Shown here: in pieces, positions 40,878 through 49,390 of the stretch
How positions within the stretch are numbered: position 1 is the stretch's first letter
How the letters are laid out: each line of letters starts with the position of its first letter
Assembly (NCBI GenBank): GCA_020057295.1
Contig: JAGVGF010000002.1
Coordinates: forward strand, 64,001-128,000
Length of the DNA stretch: 64,000 nucleotides
Direction: 5' to 3'
Source of the DNA: an archaeon
Lineage (GTDB): Archaea; Nanobdellota; Nanobdellia; Woesearchaeales; UBA9642
The notes under the pieces: model-generated
What the model was told of the DNA's origin: nothing
Databases searched by the model: none
What the model saw: only the letters and a program-made list of their open reading frames with translations
Position numbers and translations under genes: made by a program

Positions 40878-40987
40878 ACAATCAATCCTCCATAATTTTT
40901 GATTGATTTATAGAATTAAATATTTTTAATAAGTCTATCTAGAAAAAATTCGTAAAATATACGTTAAGAATGAAAAATTTACGATAC

Positions 40988-41884
40988 TTATTCTTTTTTA
41001 ACTAATTTTGCAATGAAAAATCCTTCAGTATCTGTTTTTTCTGGCCAGAATCTCTTACATTTAGAAATTTCAGGATTTAATTTTTTATCAAATATTTTTG
41101 TTAGTCCAGAATCGCCAATTTTTAATCCTGTTTCTTCTAGCTTCATCTCAGGATATTTCGACAACACCCAATCTATATTCATCTCATTTTCTTCAGGCTC
41201 TAAAGAACATGTGCTATATACTAATGTTCCTCCTTTTTTTAACACTTTAATTGCTGCCTTTAATAATTCTTTTTGCAATCTAGATCTTTCTCTGATTCCA
41301 TCAACACTCTTCTTTAAGAAAAAATCCTCTTCAATAATATAATTACCAGAACATGGTGCATCTAGTAACACTCGATCAAATTCTAGTTTAAGATCAAATA
41401 CAAATCTAGCATCCTTCTTGTACAATATCATGTTATTGATACCACATCTTTCAAGATTATTTCTTAAGGCAAATAATCTCCTAGGATTAGAATCTAATGC
41501 TACAATCATGCCCTTATTATTCATGTATTGTCCAATTTGTGTAGTCTTACTACCAGGAGCGGCACACATGTCTAGAATTTTTTCACCAGGCTTCGGATCA
41601 AGTACTTGTGCAGGAAGTTGTGATGCTGCTTCCTGAAGATAATAAAAGCCTTGTAGATACTCTGAAGTTGCTCCGAGTGAGAATTTTGATTCATAATAAT
41701 ATCCGAAATCTGTATAAGATATTTTTTCGAGTTTAACATTTAAATTTTTAAGTCGAGAAACTATCTCTTTTTCTTCAATCTTCAAAGTATTAACGCGAAG
41801 TGATGGTTTAAGTGTGATTATTTTACAACTACAACCAAGGGCATTATATCTTTTAACCAATGTATTATTTAATGGAATTTTCAT
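40988..41884 (-). CDS. RsmB/NOP2/Sun family RNA m5C methyltransferase
   Basis: YLQEAASQ, LDMCAAPGSKT, LLDAPCSG, YSTCSLEPEENE. Confidence 0.92.
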   Translation of the reverse strand: MKIPLNNTLVKRYNALGCSCKIITLKPSLRVNTLKIEEKEIVSRLKNLNVKLEKISYTDFGYYYESKFSLGATSEYLQGFYYLQEAASQLPAQVLDPKPGEKILDMCAAPGSKTTQIGQYMNNKGMIVALDSNPRRLFALRNNLERCGINNMILYKKDARFVFDLKLEFDRVLLDAPCSGNYIIEEDFFLKKSVDGIRERSRLQKELLKAAIKVLKKGGTLVYSTCSLEPEENEMNIDWVLSKYPEMKLEETGLKIGDSGLTKIFDKKLNPEISKCKRFWPEKTDTEGFFIAKLVKKE

Positions 41885-41888
41885 TTTT

Positions 41889-42992
41889 TTATCTCTTCTT
41901 ATGAATATTTTTTACTTGCTTCTTTATAATATCTACTATCCTCTCAGATGCTTTACCATCACCAAATAACGGTCTCCATATTATCTTCTTAGTCAACATT
42001 TTTGTAGAACATTCAAGTATCTTTTCTGGTGAAGCACCCGCAAGTAAATTCATTCCAAACTTGATAGTTTCCGGTCTCTCGGTGTTATCCCTAACAGTTA
42101 CTGTTGGTACATGCATTATGCTGCATTCTTCTTGTAATCCGCCAGAATCAGTTATGCATAGGACAGCATTTTTTTCGAGTTGTAAGAATTCAAGAAAGCC
42201 TAAGGGTTTAATCATTCTAATATTAGAAGGCAATTTTAAATTATATTCTAGAATTTTATTAGATGTCCTTGGATGCATAGGAAATAATAGTTTGTACTCA
42301 GGAAATTTTTCTCCGACCATTTCTAATCCTCTGAGAATATTTTGTAATCTTTTTTTATCGTTCGTGTTTTCTGCCCTGTGAACAGTTATCAAAACGTATT
42401 TCTTTGATTTTAAATTTAATTTTTTAAGAATATTACATTTCCTATCAGCAATCTTACTATTTTGATATACTGCATCAACAATAGTGTTCCCGGTCATAGA
42501 AGTGTAGTTAGCATTAACGCCTTCAGTATTAACATTCTTAATCGCATCCTTTGTCGGAAAAAATAAGAATTCAGATAAATGATCTGTAAGTATTCTATTG
42601 ACCTCTTCAGGCATTGTTAAATCATGACTTCGAAGACCTGCTTCGTGATGAGCTACAAGTATTCCTACCTTTTTAGCAGCTAGTGTACCCATCAAAACAG
42701 TCAAAGTATCACCTTGAACTAAAACTACGCCGGGTCTTTCCCTAATAAAATTTTTTTTCATGCCTTTCATCATCATACCGACCTGCTGCCCGAAAGGTTT
42801 AGAACCAACATGTAAATTATACTTTGGTGCGGGTAATTCTAGTTCTTCAAAGAATATCTCATCCATATTATGATCATAATGCTGTCCGCTATGAAGTATA
42901 AAGAAATCTATTTTTCGCTTCTGACACTCTCTGATTATTGGAGACATCTTTATTATCTCAGGTCTTGTTCCAACAACAATGGCAATTTTCAT
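41889..42992 (-). CDS. wecB: UDP-N-acetylglucosamine 2-epimerase (non-hydrolysing)
   Basis: GTRPEIIK, SGQHYD, VQGDT, HEAGLRS, PEEVNR, TDSGGLQEE, TERPE. Confidence 0.93.
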   Translation of the reverse strand: MKIAIVVGTRPEIIKMSPIIRECQKRKIDFFILHSGQHYDHNMDEIFFEELELPAPKYNLHVGSKPFGQQVGMMMKGMKKNFIRERPGVVLVQGDTLTVLMGTLAAKKVGILVAHHEAGLRSHDLTMPEEVNRILTDHLSEFLFFPTKDAIKNVNTEGVNANYTSMTGNTIVDAVYQNSKIADRKCNILKKLNLKSKKYVLITVHRAENTNDKKRLQNILRGLEMVGEKFPEYKLLFPMHPRTSNKILEYNLKLPSNIRMIKPLGFLEFLQLEKNAVLCITDSGGLQEECSIMHVPTVTVRDNTERPETIKFGMNLLAGASPEKILECSTKMLTKKIIWRPLFGDGKASERIVDIIKKQVKNIHKKR

Positions 42993-44122
42993 TTTTTTAT
43001 CTCTATGATTATTTCACTGTTCTTCTCGTCAATATCTTTAACAAATTTTTTTATGTCTGAACTGTTATCAATTTTTTGTTTTATTTCTTTCCAAGAATAT
43101 TTTTTACGTGCTTCTTTTACTGTGTCAACTATTTGTTTTACTTCTTGATATTTTTCATATAATATTTCCCCTTTGGCCTGATTTTCCTCGTATGATTGCT
43201 GGCATTCTAATAAAATTTTGTTTTGGTCATCAATAACTGAAGCAATTTTTTCTATATTTTTATTGTGAACCGTATTGTCCTTAAGTACTTTTATTTTAGA
43301 ATAATTTTCTCTGATTGCTTCACTAAAAGAATCATAAGTCTTTTTATCTTTATTATCAAATGATTTTAATTCAAATGGGAAAATATTCTCGTCTACAAAG
43401 TTAGCGTTTGTTTTGTTGTTGAAAAGTTTCTTGAAATTTTTATAAAGTATATCAAAATCTTTATCCGACAAATCTTTTACTTTGATATTTTTGTCAACCT
43501 TACTATTTAGACAAATTTCCTCAGCAAATGTTCCTCCTAATGAAAGTACTATTGCTAATGTTTTAACTAATGATTCTTTGTTGGAATTTTTTACTCGATC
43601 GAAAAATTCTTCGAGTGATAATTCAGCTACATTAAATTGTGCCTTAGGATAGATATATATTTCATCTTTTTTGAGTTCTCTATCTTTCCAATGTTGTGTT
43701 TCAAGTAAGTTTAATATCTTGTATTTCTCGTCGCAAAATATTATGTTTCCCTTGCTAAATAGTTCTATTATTAAATAATATTTTATCAGTTTATCTTCAA
43801 CTTTTTTTTCTAGAATTAATTCTATGATTCTTTCGAATCCGATTTGTGATATTCCTTTTAATCTTGAACCTTCTAAATATTTTCTTAACATCATACATAA
43901 ACCTGTAGGAGTATCCGCTGTATCTTTACCTTCATCAAGAAATATTATGCTCGGTAATATTGTTCTTAGAAATTTTTTGCCTGTACCACTAATATGAAAT
44001 CCTATAACTAATTCTCTAGACGAATTCTTAGAATGGAATATTCTATCTACTTTAGAATCCTTCAATATCTGTAATTCATTAATCAGATAATACAATTCCA
44101 GTGATGATATTTCGTTTTTCAT
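42989..44122 (-). CDS. NFACT/Rqc2 (RqcH/FbpA) family protein, N-terminal part only
   Basis: MMLRKYLEG, QIGFERII, IELFSKGNIIF, HhH-like LGGTFAEE, coiled coil KGEILYEKY; ends without the NFACT-R domain. Confidence 0.75.
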   Translation of the reverse strand: MKNEISSLELYYLINELQILKDSKVDRIFHSKNSSRELVIGFHISGTGKKFLRTILPSIIFLDEGKDTADTPTGLCMMLRKYLEGSRLKGISQIGFERIIELILEKKVEDKLIKYYLIIELFSKGNIIFCDEKYKILNLLETQHWKDRELKKDEIYIYPKAQFNVAELSLEEFFDRVKNSNKESLVKTLAIVLSLGGTFAEEICLNSKVDKNIKVKDLSDKDFDILYKNFKKLFNNKTNANFVDENIFPFELKSFDNKDKKTYDSFSEAIRENYSKIKVLKDNTVHNKNIEKIASVIDDQNKILLECQQSYEENQAKGEILYEKYQEVKQIVDTVKEARKKYSWKEIKQKIDNSSDIKKFVKDIDEKNSEIIIEIKK

Positions 44123-44147
44123 GTTTTTCTTATTTGTTATTATATAT

Positions 44148-44654
44148 TCAGTTCTTTACTAGTATTATGTTTCTCTTTAAAGCTTTTGCCTCTTCTAAAC
44201 ATATGTTGAATATTTCCGAAGCAATATTGTCTTGAATTTTTTTATCAGCATATTTACGTTTTCTTAATCTTTTACTGATATTTGTTATATCGCTGTTTAC
44301 AATTATACAATAGTCGGATTTAATATAATGGCTCATGTGACTGTCTATTATTATCCCTTTGAGCTTTTTCTTTTCCAATAATTTGATAAAATCTTCACTA
44401 ATGATTGTCGTGTCTAACATTTTATCAAATATTTTATCTTTAGAACTTTGTTTAGTCACAATTGGCTCTAATTTTTTTACTAATTTCTTAATATCTACTT
44501 CGTAAGTTTTATCTGCCTTATTGTATAAATCATATAATTTGTTTGCACGTACATATTTGTTTAAATCAAAATATTTCAGTCCAGTACTTTTAGCTATTTT
44601 TTCAGAAATGTATGTTTTGCCTGTTCCGGGCGTTCCGCTAATCGTTATTATCAT
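44148..44654 (-). CDS. Atypical adenylate kinase (AK6/Fap7 family)
   Basis: ISGTPGTGKT, IIDSH (hhhD-x-H), RLRKRKY..KIQDNIASE. Confidence 0.85.
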   Translation of the reverse strand: MIITISGTPGTGKTYISEKIAKSTGLKYFDLNKYVRANKLYDLYNKADKTYEVDIKKLVKKLEPIVTKQSSKDKIFDKMLDTTIISEDFIKLLEKKKLKGIIIDSHMSHYIKSDYCIIVNSDITNISKRLRKRKYADKKIQDNIASEIFNICLEEAKALKRNIILVKN

Positions 44655-44687
44655 ACTATAAGTTAGAATGTTGATATTATAAAGTTT

Positions 44688-44867
44688 CTACTTTTTAAGC
44701 CAATTCATTACAGGAAATGCTATGATTGCAAATACTATAATAACTATCCAGAATGTTGCATCACCATACGTATTAGTAAATCTAAGTATGGTATTTGTGA
44801 CTATTCCTAATATAGAGATTATTCCCAAAGTTTTTCTTAAAACTAAGTTTTTCTCTTTAACTTTCAT
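44688..44867 (-). CDS. Small 2-TM membrane protein (59 aa)
   Basis: Manual translation MKVKEKNLVLRKTLGIISILGIVTNTILRFTNTYGDATFWIVIIVFAIIAFPVMNWLKK; ATGA overlap with the nrdR stop. Confidence 0.65.
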   Translation of the reverse strand: MKVKEKNLVLRKTLGIISILGIVTNTILRFTNTYGDATFWIVIIVFAIIAFPVMNWLKK

Positions 44868-45307
44868 TTCATACTCTTTAATTCTTTTTCTAAATCATGA
44901 ATATCCTTAAATTGTCTATAAACTGAAGCAAATCTAATATATGCTATTTCATTAAATTTCTTCAAGTGCTTCATTACAATATCTCCAACTATTGTGCTAT
45001 TAATCTCGTTAGATTCCATCCTAAACAATTCTGCCTCTATTTCATCTACAATCTTGTTTATCTCTTCAGAACTTATAGCGAGTTTTTCACAAGAAGTGAT
45101 TATACCCTTAAGTATTTTAGAACGATCGTAAGGTTGTCTTCTACCATCTTTCTTAACAATTTTCAAATCAAGCATTTCTACACGTTCATAAGTCGTGAAC
45201 CTTTTGCTGCAAGAAATACATTCTCTTCTCCTACGTTCTGTATCTTCATCAGATTCTCTCTTATCTATAACTTTTAACTCTTTAGAACCGCAAAATGGAC
45301 ATTTCAT
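44864..45307 (-). CDS. nrdR: Transcriptional repressor NrdR
   Basis: MKCPFC, RRRRECISCSKRFTTYE, ATP-cone VKKDGRRQPYDRSK, AYIRFASVYRQF. Confidence 0.95.
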   Translation of the reverse strand: MKCPFCGSKELKVIDKRESDEDTERRRRECISCSKRFTTYERVEMLDLKIVKKDGRRQPYDRSKILKGIITSCEKLAISSEEINKIVDEIEAELFRMESNEINSTIVGDIVMKHLKKFNEIAYIRFASVYRQFKDIHDLEKELKSMK

Positions 45308-45437
45308 GAATACACCTTAAAGAATCAATACACGCACTAATATAAAAAAGTAATGAAAATTAAGATAAAGCTTAATTTTCATATAAGAACTTAAAAAGTT
45401 CTATAATGAAAATAAAGATAATAAAAAAATTAAAAAT

Positions 45438-48398
45438 TTATTCTCCGCAGCCTCCTCCTTTCTTGCAATGTGGACACTTTGTACATTTACCATCTTGTAT
45501 TAACATTGTGCCACATTCATCACATGTGCCTCCTGTAAGTTTTCCAGAGATTTGAATTTCTGAAGAACTATCTTTGCCCCATTTTCTTGTTCTCTTGATT
45601 TTTTCTAATGTTTGTCTAGTATCTAATCCATCTTCTTCATCAATCCAGAAGTTTTTCCCTGATACTTTTACAACTGTTTCCTCAAGAGATGGTGCTCCAG
45701 GATAAACTTTGTGGCCTCCTACTGTAGGGAATAAATGTAGTTTAGGCACTTTTTGATATATTCTCAATTCTGTTGGTAAAGGTCTGAGCTCACGTAGATG
45801 ATTTTTTTCTATGAAAGATATATCTCCTAAATAATGTGCGCTAAGCCATTCATGTAAAAATCCTTCAATTCCTCTAGCAGATGTTACGAAAGGATGATCT
45901 GTGAATCCACCAATCTGTGATTTTCCTGCCTTACTAAATATTTCTAGAGCCTCTCTTAACGGCATACCGTACTGTAACTTTTCAGAGAATTGTATTGCTG
46001 CTTCATTTAGTAATCTGTTAATTTCTGATCCTCTTTCTAAGGAATCCACAAATACTTCTCCTAATCTTCCATCAATGTATTCTCCAGTTCTGATAAACAC
46101 AGGTCTACCGCCTAATTTTACTTTCTGTGTTATACCATACCTTGTTGATGGTAATGATTCCCTTTCTCCTCTTCCTAATGTTATAATTGAAGATCCCTTC
46201 TTTGTCTTTAGAGGTTGAGAGGCTTTACTTCCATCTCTATATATGGCTACAGCTTTCACACCTAGTTTCCATGAATCATAGAACATCTTTTCTATTTCTT
46301 CTACTGTGGTGTTTTCTGGGCAGTTTACAGTTTTTGATATTGCTCCAGATACGTGTGGTTGAATAGCTGCCAACATTCTTATATGTCCCATTGGAGAAAT
46401 AGACCTGACGCCTTTTCCACCAGTCACTGCACAATCAAATATAGACAAGTGTTCTGCCTTCAAGTATGGTGCTCCTTCTATAGTATCATTCTTCTTTATG
46501 TATTCTTCAATTTCAACTATTTGATCAGCCGAATACTTTAATTTCTTTAATCCTTTTTTGATACTACCATTAACTATGGTCATGTATCCGCCACCAGATA
46601 ATTCCTTATATGATTTAGCTGCAAATGTTGGTTCTCCACCAGTTGTGTCAACATCCATCATAAATCCAATCGTTCCTGTTGGAGCCAATAATGTTAACTG
46701 AGAGTTTCTTATACCATATTTTTCTGCACGTTCTATTGCTTCATCATAAGTTTTTACTGCAGTACCTACTAAACTCTCTAGACCATTTTTCCTTGAGATA
46801 CTTTTAGCTGCATCTCTATGCATTCGTAATACTTCCAATACTGACTCTTTATTTTTCTCATATTCTTGGAATGGACCTACTTTTTCTGCTAATCTTGTAG
46901 ATTGCAAGAATGCTTCCGCATTCATGTTTGCAGTTATTGCTGCTGCAAGATTTCTTCCATCATCAGAATCATATGCTAATCCTTCAGAAGTCAACAATGC
47001 TCCTAAGTTAGCATATCCTAATCCTAAAGGTCTGAACAAGTGACTGTTCAATGCTACTTCTTCAGTAGGATATGATGCTTTTGACACAAAAATATCTTGT
47101 GCTGTAATATATACATCTACATCTTTTTTGAATGCAGTTATATCAAAAGTTCCATCTTCTCTCTTGTATTTCATTAAATTTAACGAAGCTAAATTACATG
47201 CAGTATTGTTCAAGAACATATATTCAGAGCAAGGGTTTGATGCCCATATATCTCCAGAGGCTTTACATGTATTCCATCTGTTTATTATTGTATGATTTTG
47301 TATTCCTGGGTCACCCATAGCGTGTGCTGTGAATGCCATTAATTGAGCTAAATCTCTAGCTCTTACCATTTTAACTTCTTTACCTTTAACTTGTCTAACA
47401 GGATAGTCTATATCAGCTTCATATGCTTGCCAGAATGCATCATCAGTTCTTACAGAATAATTTGCATTTTGTCCCCGCAAATTTTGGAAAGTATGGCTTT
47501 CCCAATGATTTGGAGATCCTGCTTCAAGAAGTATTCTTCCCTTCTCTTCTTCAGCATATTTATCTATAATAAATTCAGGCATATCTGGATGCCAAACGCT
47601 TATACTCTGCATTGTTGCTGCTCTTCTTGTTTTTCCACCAGATTTTATTACTCTTCCAACAGCATCTTGTACATCCATAAATCTTTTGGCTCCTGAAGCA
47701 ACTCCGCCTCCCGATATAAATTCTCCAGCAGATCTTACCTGACTCCAGTCTCCACCGATTCCTGAACCATTTTTGTAAATTGTTGAACTCACATTAGCTG
47801 CAACCTTAATCATATCTTTAATAGAATCTTCGGGTGATGAAATAAAGCACGCTGATATTTGAGGATGTGCGTGTATATTTTCTACTTGAATTGGTTTTCC
47901 ATCTGGACCAATATAAAATGTTTCACCCTCTTGTTTTATTCCGTACGAGTCTAATCCTAAATTAAACCAAACTGGAGAATTGAATGAACCTCTTTGTGAT
48001 AATGTTGACATCATTAATTCATCTTCGAGAATTTTTCCTGTTTCTGGAGTAAAGTATCCTTGTTCTACACCCCATCTGTTTGCTGTTTGTGCCACTCTTC
48101 CTGCTAATTGTCTCATGTCTATTTCTCTTCCTCTAGGGCCGGGAACATCTGTTCTTCTGAAATATTTTGTTCCTACAGTGTTTGAAGAGTTATAACTCCA
48201 ATTTTGTGGGAAAAGAGCATTTTGAATTGTTTCAATAGCTTCGCCTTTATCATTTGTGACTGTAACATCTCTTGGCCCAACTTCAAAAACTGCAGCATCG
48301 TAAGGATCAATAACTGTTAATATATTTCCTTGTGCGTCTCTTGAGACAGAAAGATTTCTTTCAATTCTTAGAACATTTTCAGCAACTCCATCACTCAT
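45438..48398 (-). CDS. nrdJ: Class II (adenosylcobalamin-dependent) ribonucleotide reductase
   Basis: FNSPVWFN, SACF, GGKTRRAA, SNPCSEY, ACNLASLNL, LAPTGTI, AISKTVN, YRDGSK; C-terminal TSCPD-like region and Cys-rich tail; ATG at 48398 follows GGTGA. Confidence 0.93.
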   Translation of the reverse strand: MSDGVAENVLRIERNLSVSRDAQGNILTVIDPYDAAVFEVGPRDVTVTNDKGEAIETIQNALFPQNWSYNSSNTVGTKYFRRTDVPGPRGREIDMRQLAGRVAQTANRWGVEQGYFTPETGKILEDELMMSTLSQRGSFNSPVWFNLGLDSYGIKQEGETFYIGPDGKPIQVENIHAHPQISACFISSPEDSIKDMIKVAANVSSTIYKNGSGIGGDWSQVRSAGEFISGGGVASGAKRFMDVQDAVGRVIKSGGKTRRAATMQSISVWHPDMPEFIIDKYAEEEKGRILLEAGSPNHWESHTFQNLRGQNANYSVRTDDAFWQAYEADIDYPVRQVKGKEVKMVRARDLAQLMAFTAHAMGDPGIQNHTIINRWNTCKASGDIWASNPCSEYMFLNNTACNLASLNLMKYKREDGTFDITAFKKDVDVYITAQDIFVSKASYPTEEVALNSHLFRPLGLGYANLGALLTSEGLAYDSDDGRNLAAAITANMNAEAFLQSTRLAEKVGPFQEYEKNKESVLEVLRMHRDAAKSISRKNGLESLVGTAVKTYDEAIERAEKYGIRNSQLTLLAPTGTIGFMMDVDTTGGEPTFAAKSYKELSGGGYMTIVNGSIKKGLKKLKYSADQIVEIEEYIKKNDTIEGAPYLKAEHLSIFDCAVTGGKGVRSISPMGHIRMLAAIQPHVSGAISKTVNCPENTTVEEIEKMFYDSWKLGVKAVAIYRDGSKASQPLKTKKGSSIITLGRGERESLPSTRYGITQKVKLGGRPVFIRTGEYIDGRLGEVFVDSLERGSEINRLLNEAAIQFSEKLQYGMPLREALEIFSKAGKSQIGGFTDHPFVTSARGIEGFLHEWLSAHYLGDISFIEKNHLRELRPLPTELRIYQKVPKLHLFPTVGGHKVYPGAPSLEETVVKVSGKNFWIDEEDGLDTRQTLEKIKRTRKWGKDSSSEIQISGKLTGGTCDECGTMLIQDGKCTKCPHCKKGGGCGE

Positions 48399-48445
48399 AT
48401 TTTCACCCAATCCTTTCCACGTCAATTATCTTAAAATGTGTTAGA

Positions 48446-48493
48446 CCACAACAGGTTGTGGTTTGTTTTGTTGTTTAATACAACCTGTAGGGT
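48446..48493. promoter_or_regulatory. Tandem NrdR-box pair 1 (CCACAACAGGTTGTGG; ATACAACCTGTAGGGT)
   Basis: 16-bp pseudo-palindromes resembling the bacterial consensus acaCwAtATaTwGtgt, starts 32 bp apart, upstream of nrdJ. Confidence 0.7.
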
Positions 48494-48505
48494 CCTGGTA
48501 TTGAA

Positions 48506-48520
48506 CTTATATATAAAGAT
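48506..48520 (-). promoter_or_regulatory. TATA box of nrdJ (TTTATATATAAG)
   Basis: Archaeal TATA consensus lying between the two NrdR-box pairs. Confidence 0.6.
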
Positions 48521-48555
48521 TATTGTGCTTTAATTCATATGTTCAAAAAGAAATA

Positions 48556-48603
48556 ACACAACATATAGTGTTTTTAGTTATGAATAAACACAACTAAAGG
48601 GAA
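48556..48603. promoter_or_regulatory. Tandem NrdR-box pair 2 (ACACAACATATAGTGT; ACACAACTAAAGGGAA)
   Basis: First box is near-consensus; second is degenerate but again 32 bp away. Confidence 0.65.
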
Positions 48604-48676
48604 AAACATACAAATATTTAATCACTCTTAAGTAATTAATCGATACATTTATAATTTCTTTATATCTTCTAAAATC

Positions 48677-49390
48677 ATGTCAAAATATGAACTTAAACGC
48701 CCTTTATATTATACTAAAGAATCAAGCTTAGTTGACAGATTACGTAATGATATGTTCTATTCTTATCAAGATTGTAAAAATACGTTTCTCGAATCAGTTT
48801 CAGATTCATATAATGGAACTTTAGATATGCTTGTTAAAGCCAAAAAAGTTAATTCTGCACTTGTTATGGGAACATTAGCTAGTATAACATTCAACATTTT
48901 AAGCACACATCATGCCGCAACTAATGGTTATGATTATAATGATACAAAGTGGGCTTCATATATTGGCGAGTCAGCTGTTAACTCAATAGTATTTGCTGCA
49001 ACATTTTTGTATGAATCAAGAAAAGAAGGAAAAACATGGGCACAATCTGGCAAAGATCTTTTAAGTCTTTTACCTGTAACATTCACTTTAAGTTTAGGAC
49101 CATATAGAATGAGTAAAAATCTTTTAGTAGATTATTTAACAGCATGGGGATTGCCAATAGAAGGAGCAGCTCCTATAGCACAAATCGCATTGTTAGCTCC
49201 TTTCGCTCTTTCAGTAGACTATTGTTTGAAGAAATTAAAATATTTTAAAAAAAATCCTGAAGTAATCACGCAATCAATAATTGCTGGAACAGAAAAAGTT
49301 ACAGATGGTGCCACAAATATTGGTAGAGCTGTTAAGTATAGGAACATAAAACGTAAAAGAAAAAATTTACGCTCTAAAAATAAGAATTAA
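48677..49390 (+). CDS. Hypothetical membrane protein
   Basis: 237-aa ORF with about 4 moderately hydrophobic segments and a basic tail; CGATACATTTATAA promoter-like element at 48641. Confidence 0.6.
   Translation: MSKYELKRPLYYTKESSLVDRLRNDMFYSYQDCKNTFLESVSDSYNGTLDMLVKAKKVNSALVMGTLASITFNILSTHHAATNGYDYNDTKWASYIGESAVNSIVFAATFLYESRKEGKTWAQSGKDLLSLLPVTFTLSLGPYRMSKNLLVDYLTAWGLPIEGAAPIAQIALLAPFALSVDYCLKKLKYFKKNPEVITQSIIAGTEKVTDGATNIGRAVKYRNIKRKRKNLRSKNKN

Noticed and set aside
45438-48398. Intein in NrdJ
   Set aside because: Catalytic motifs are contiguous (SNPCSEY intact) and no Hint-type junctions are visible
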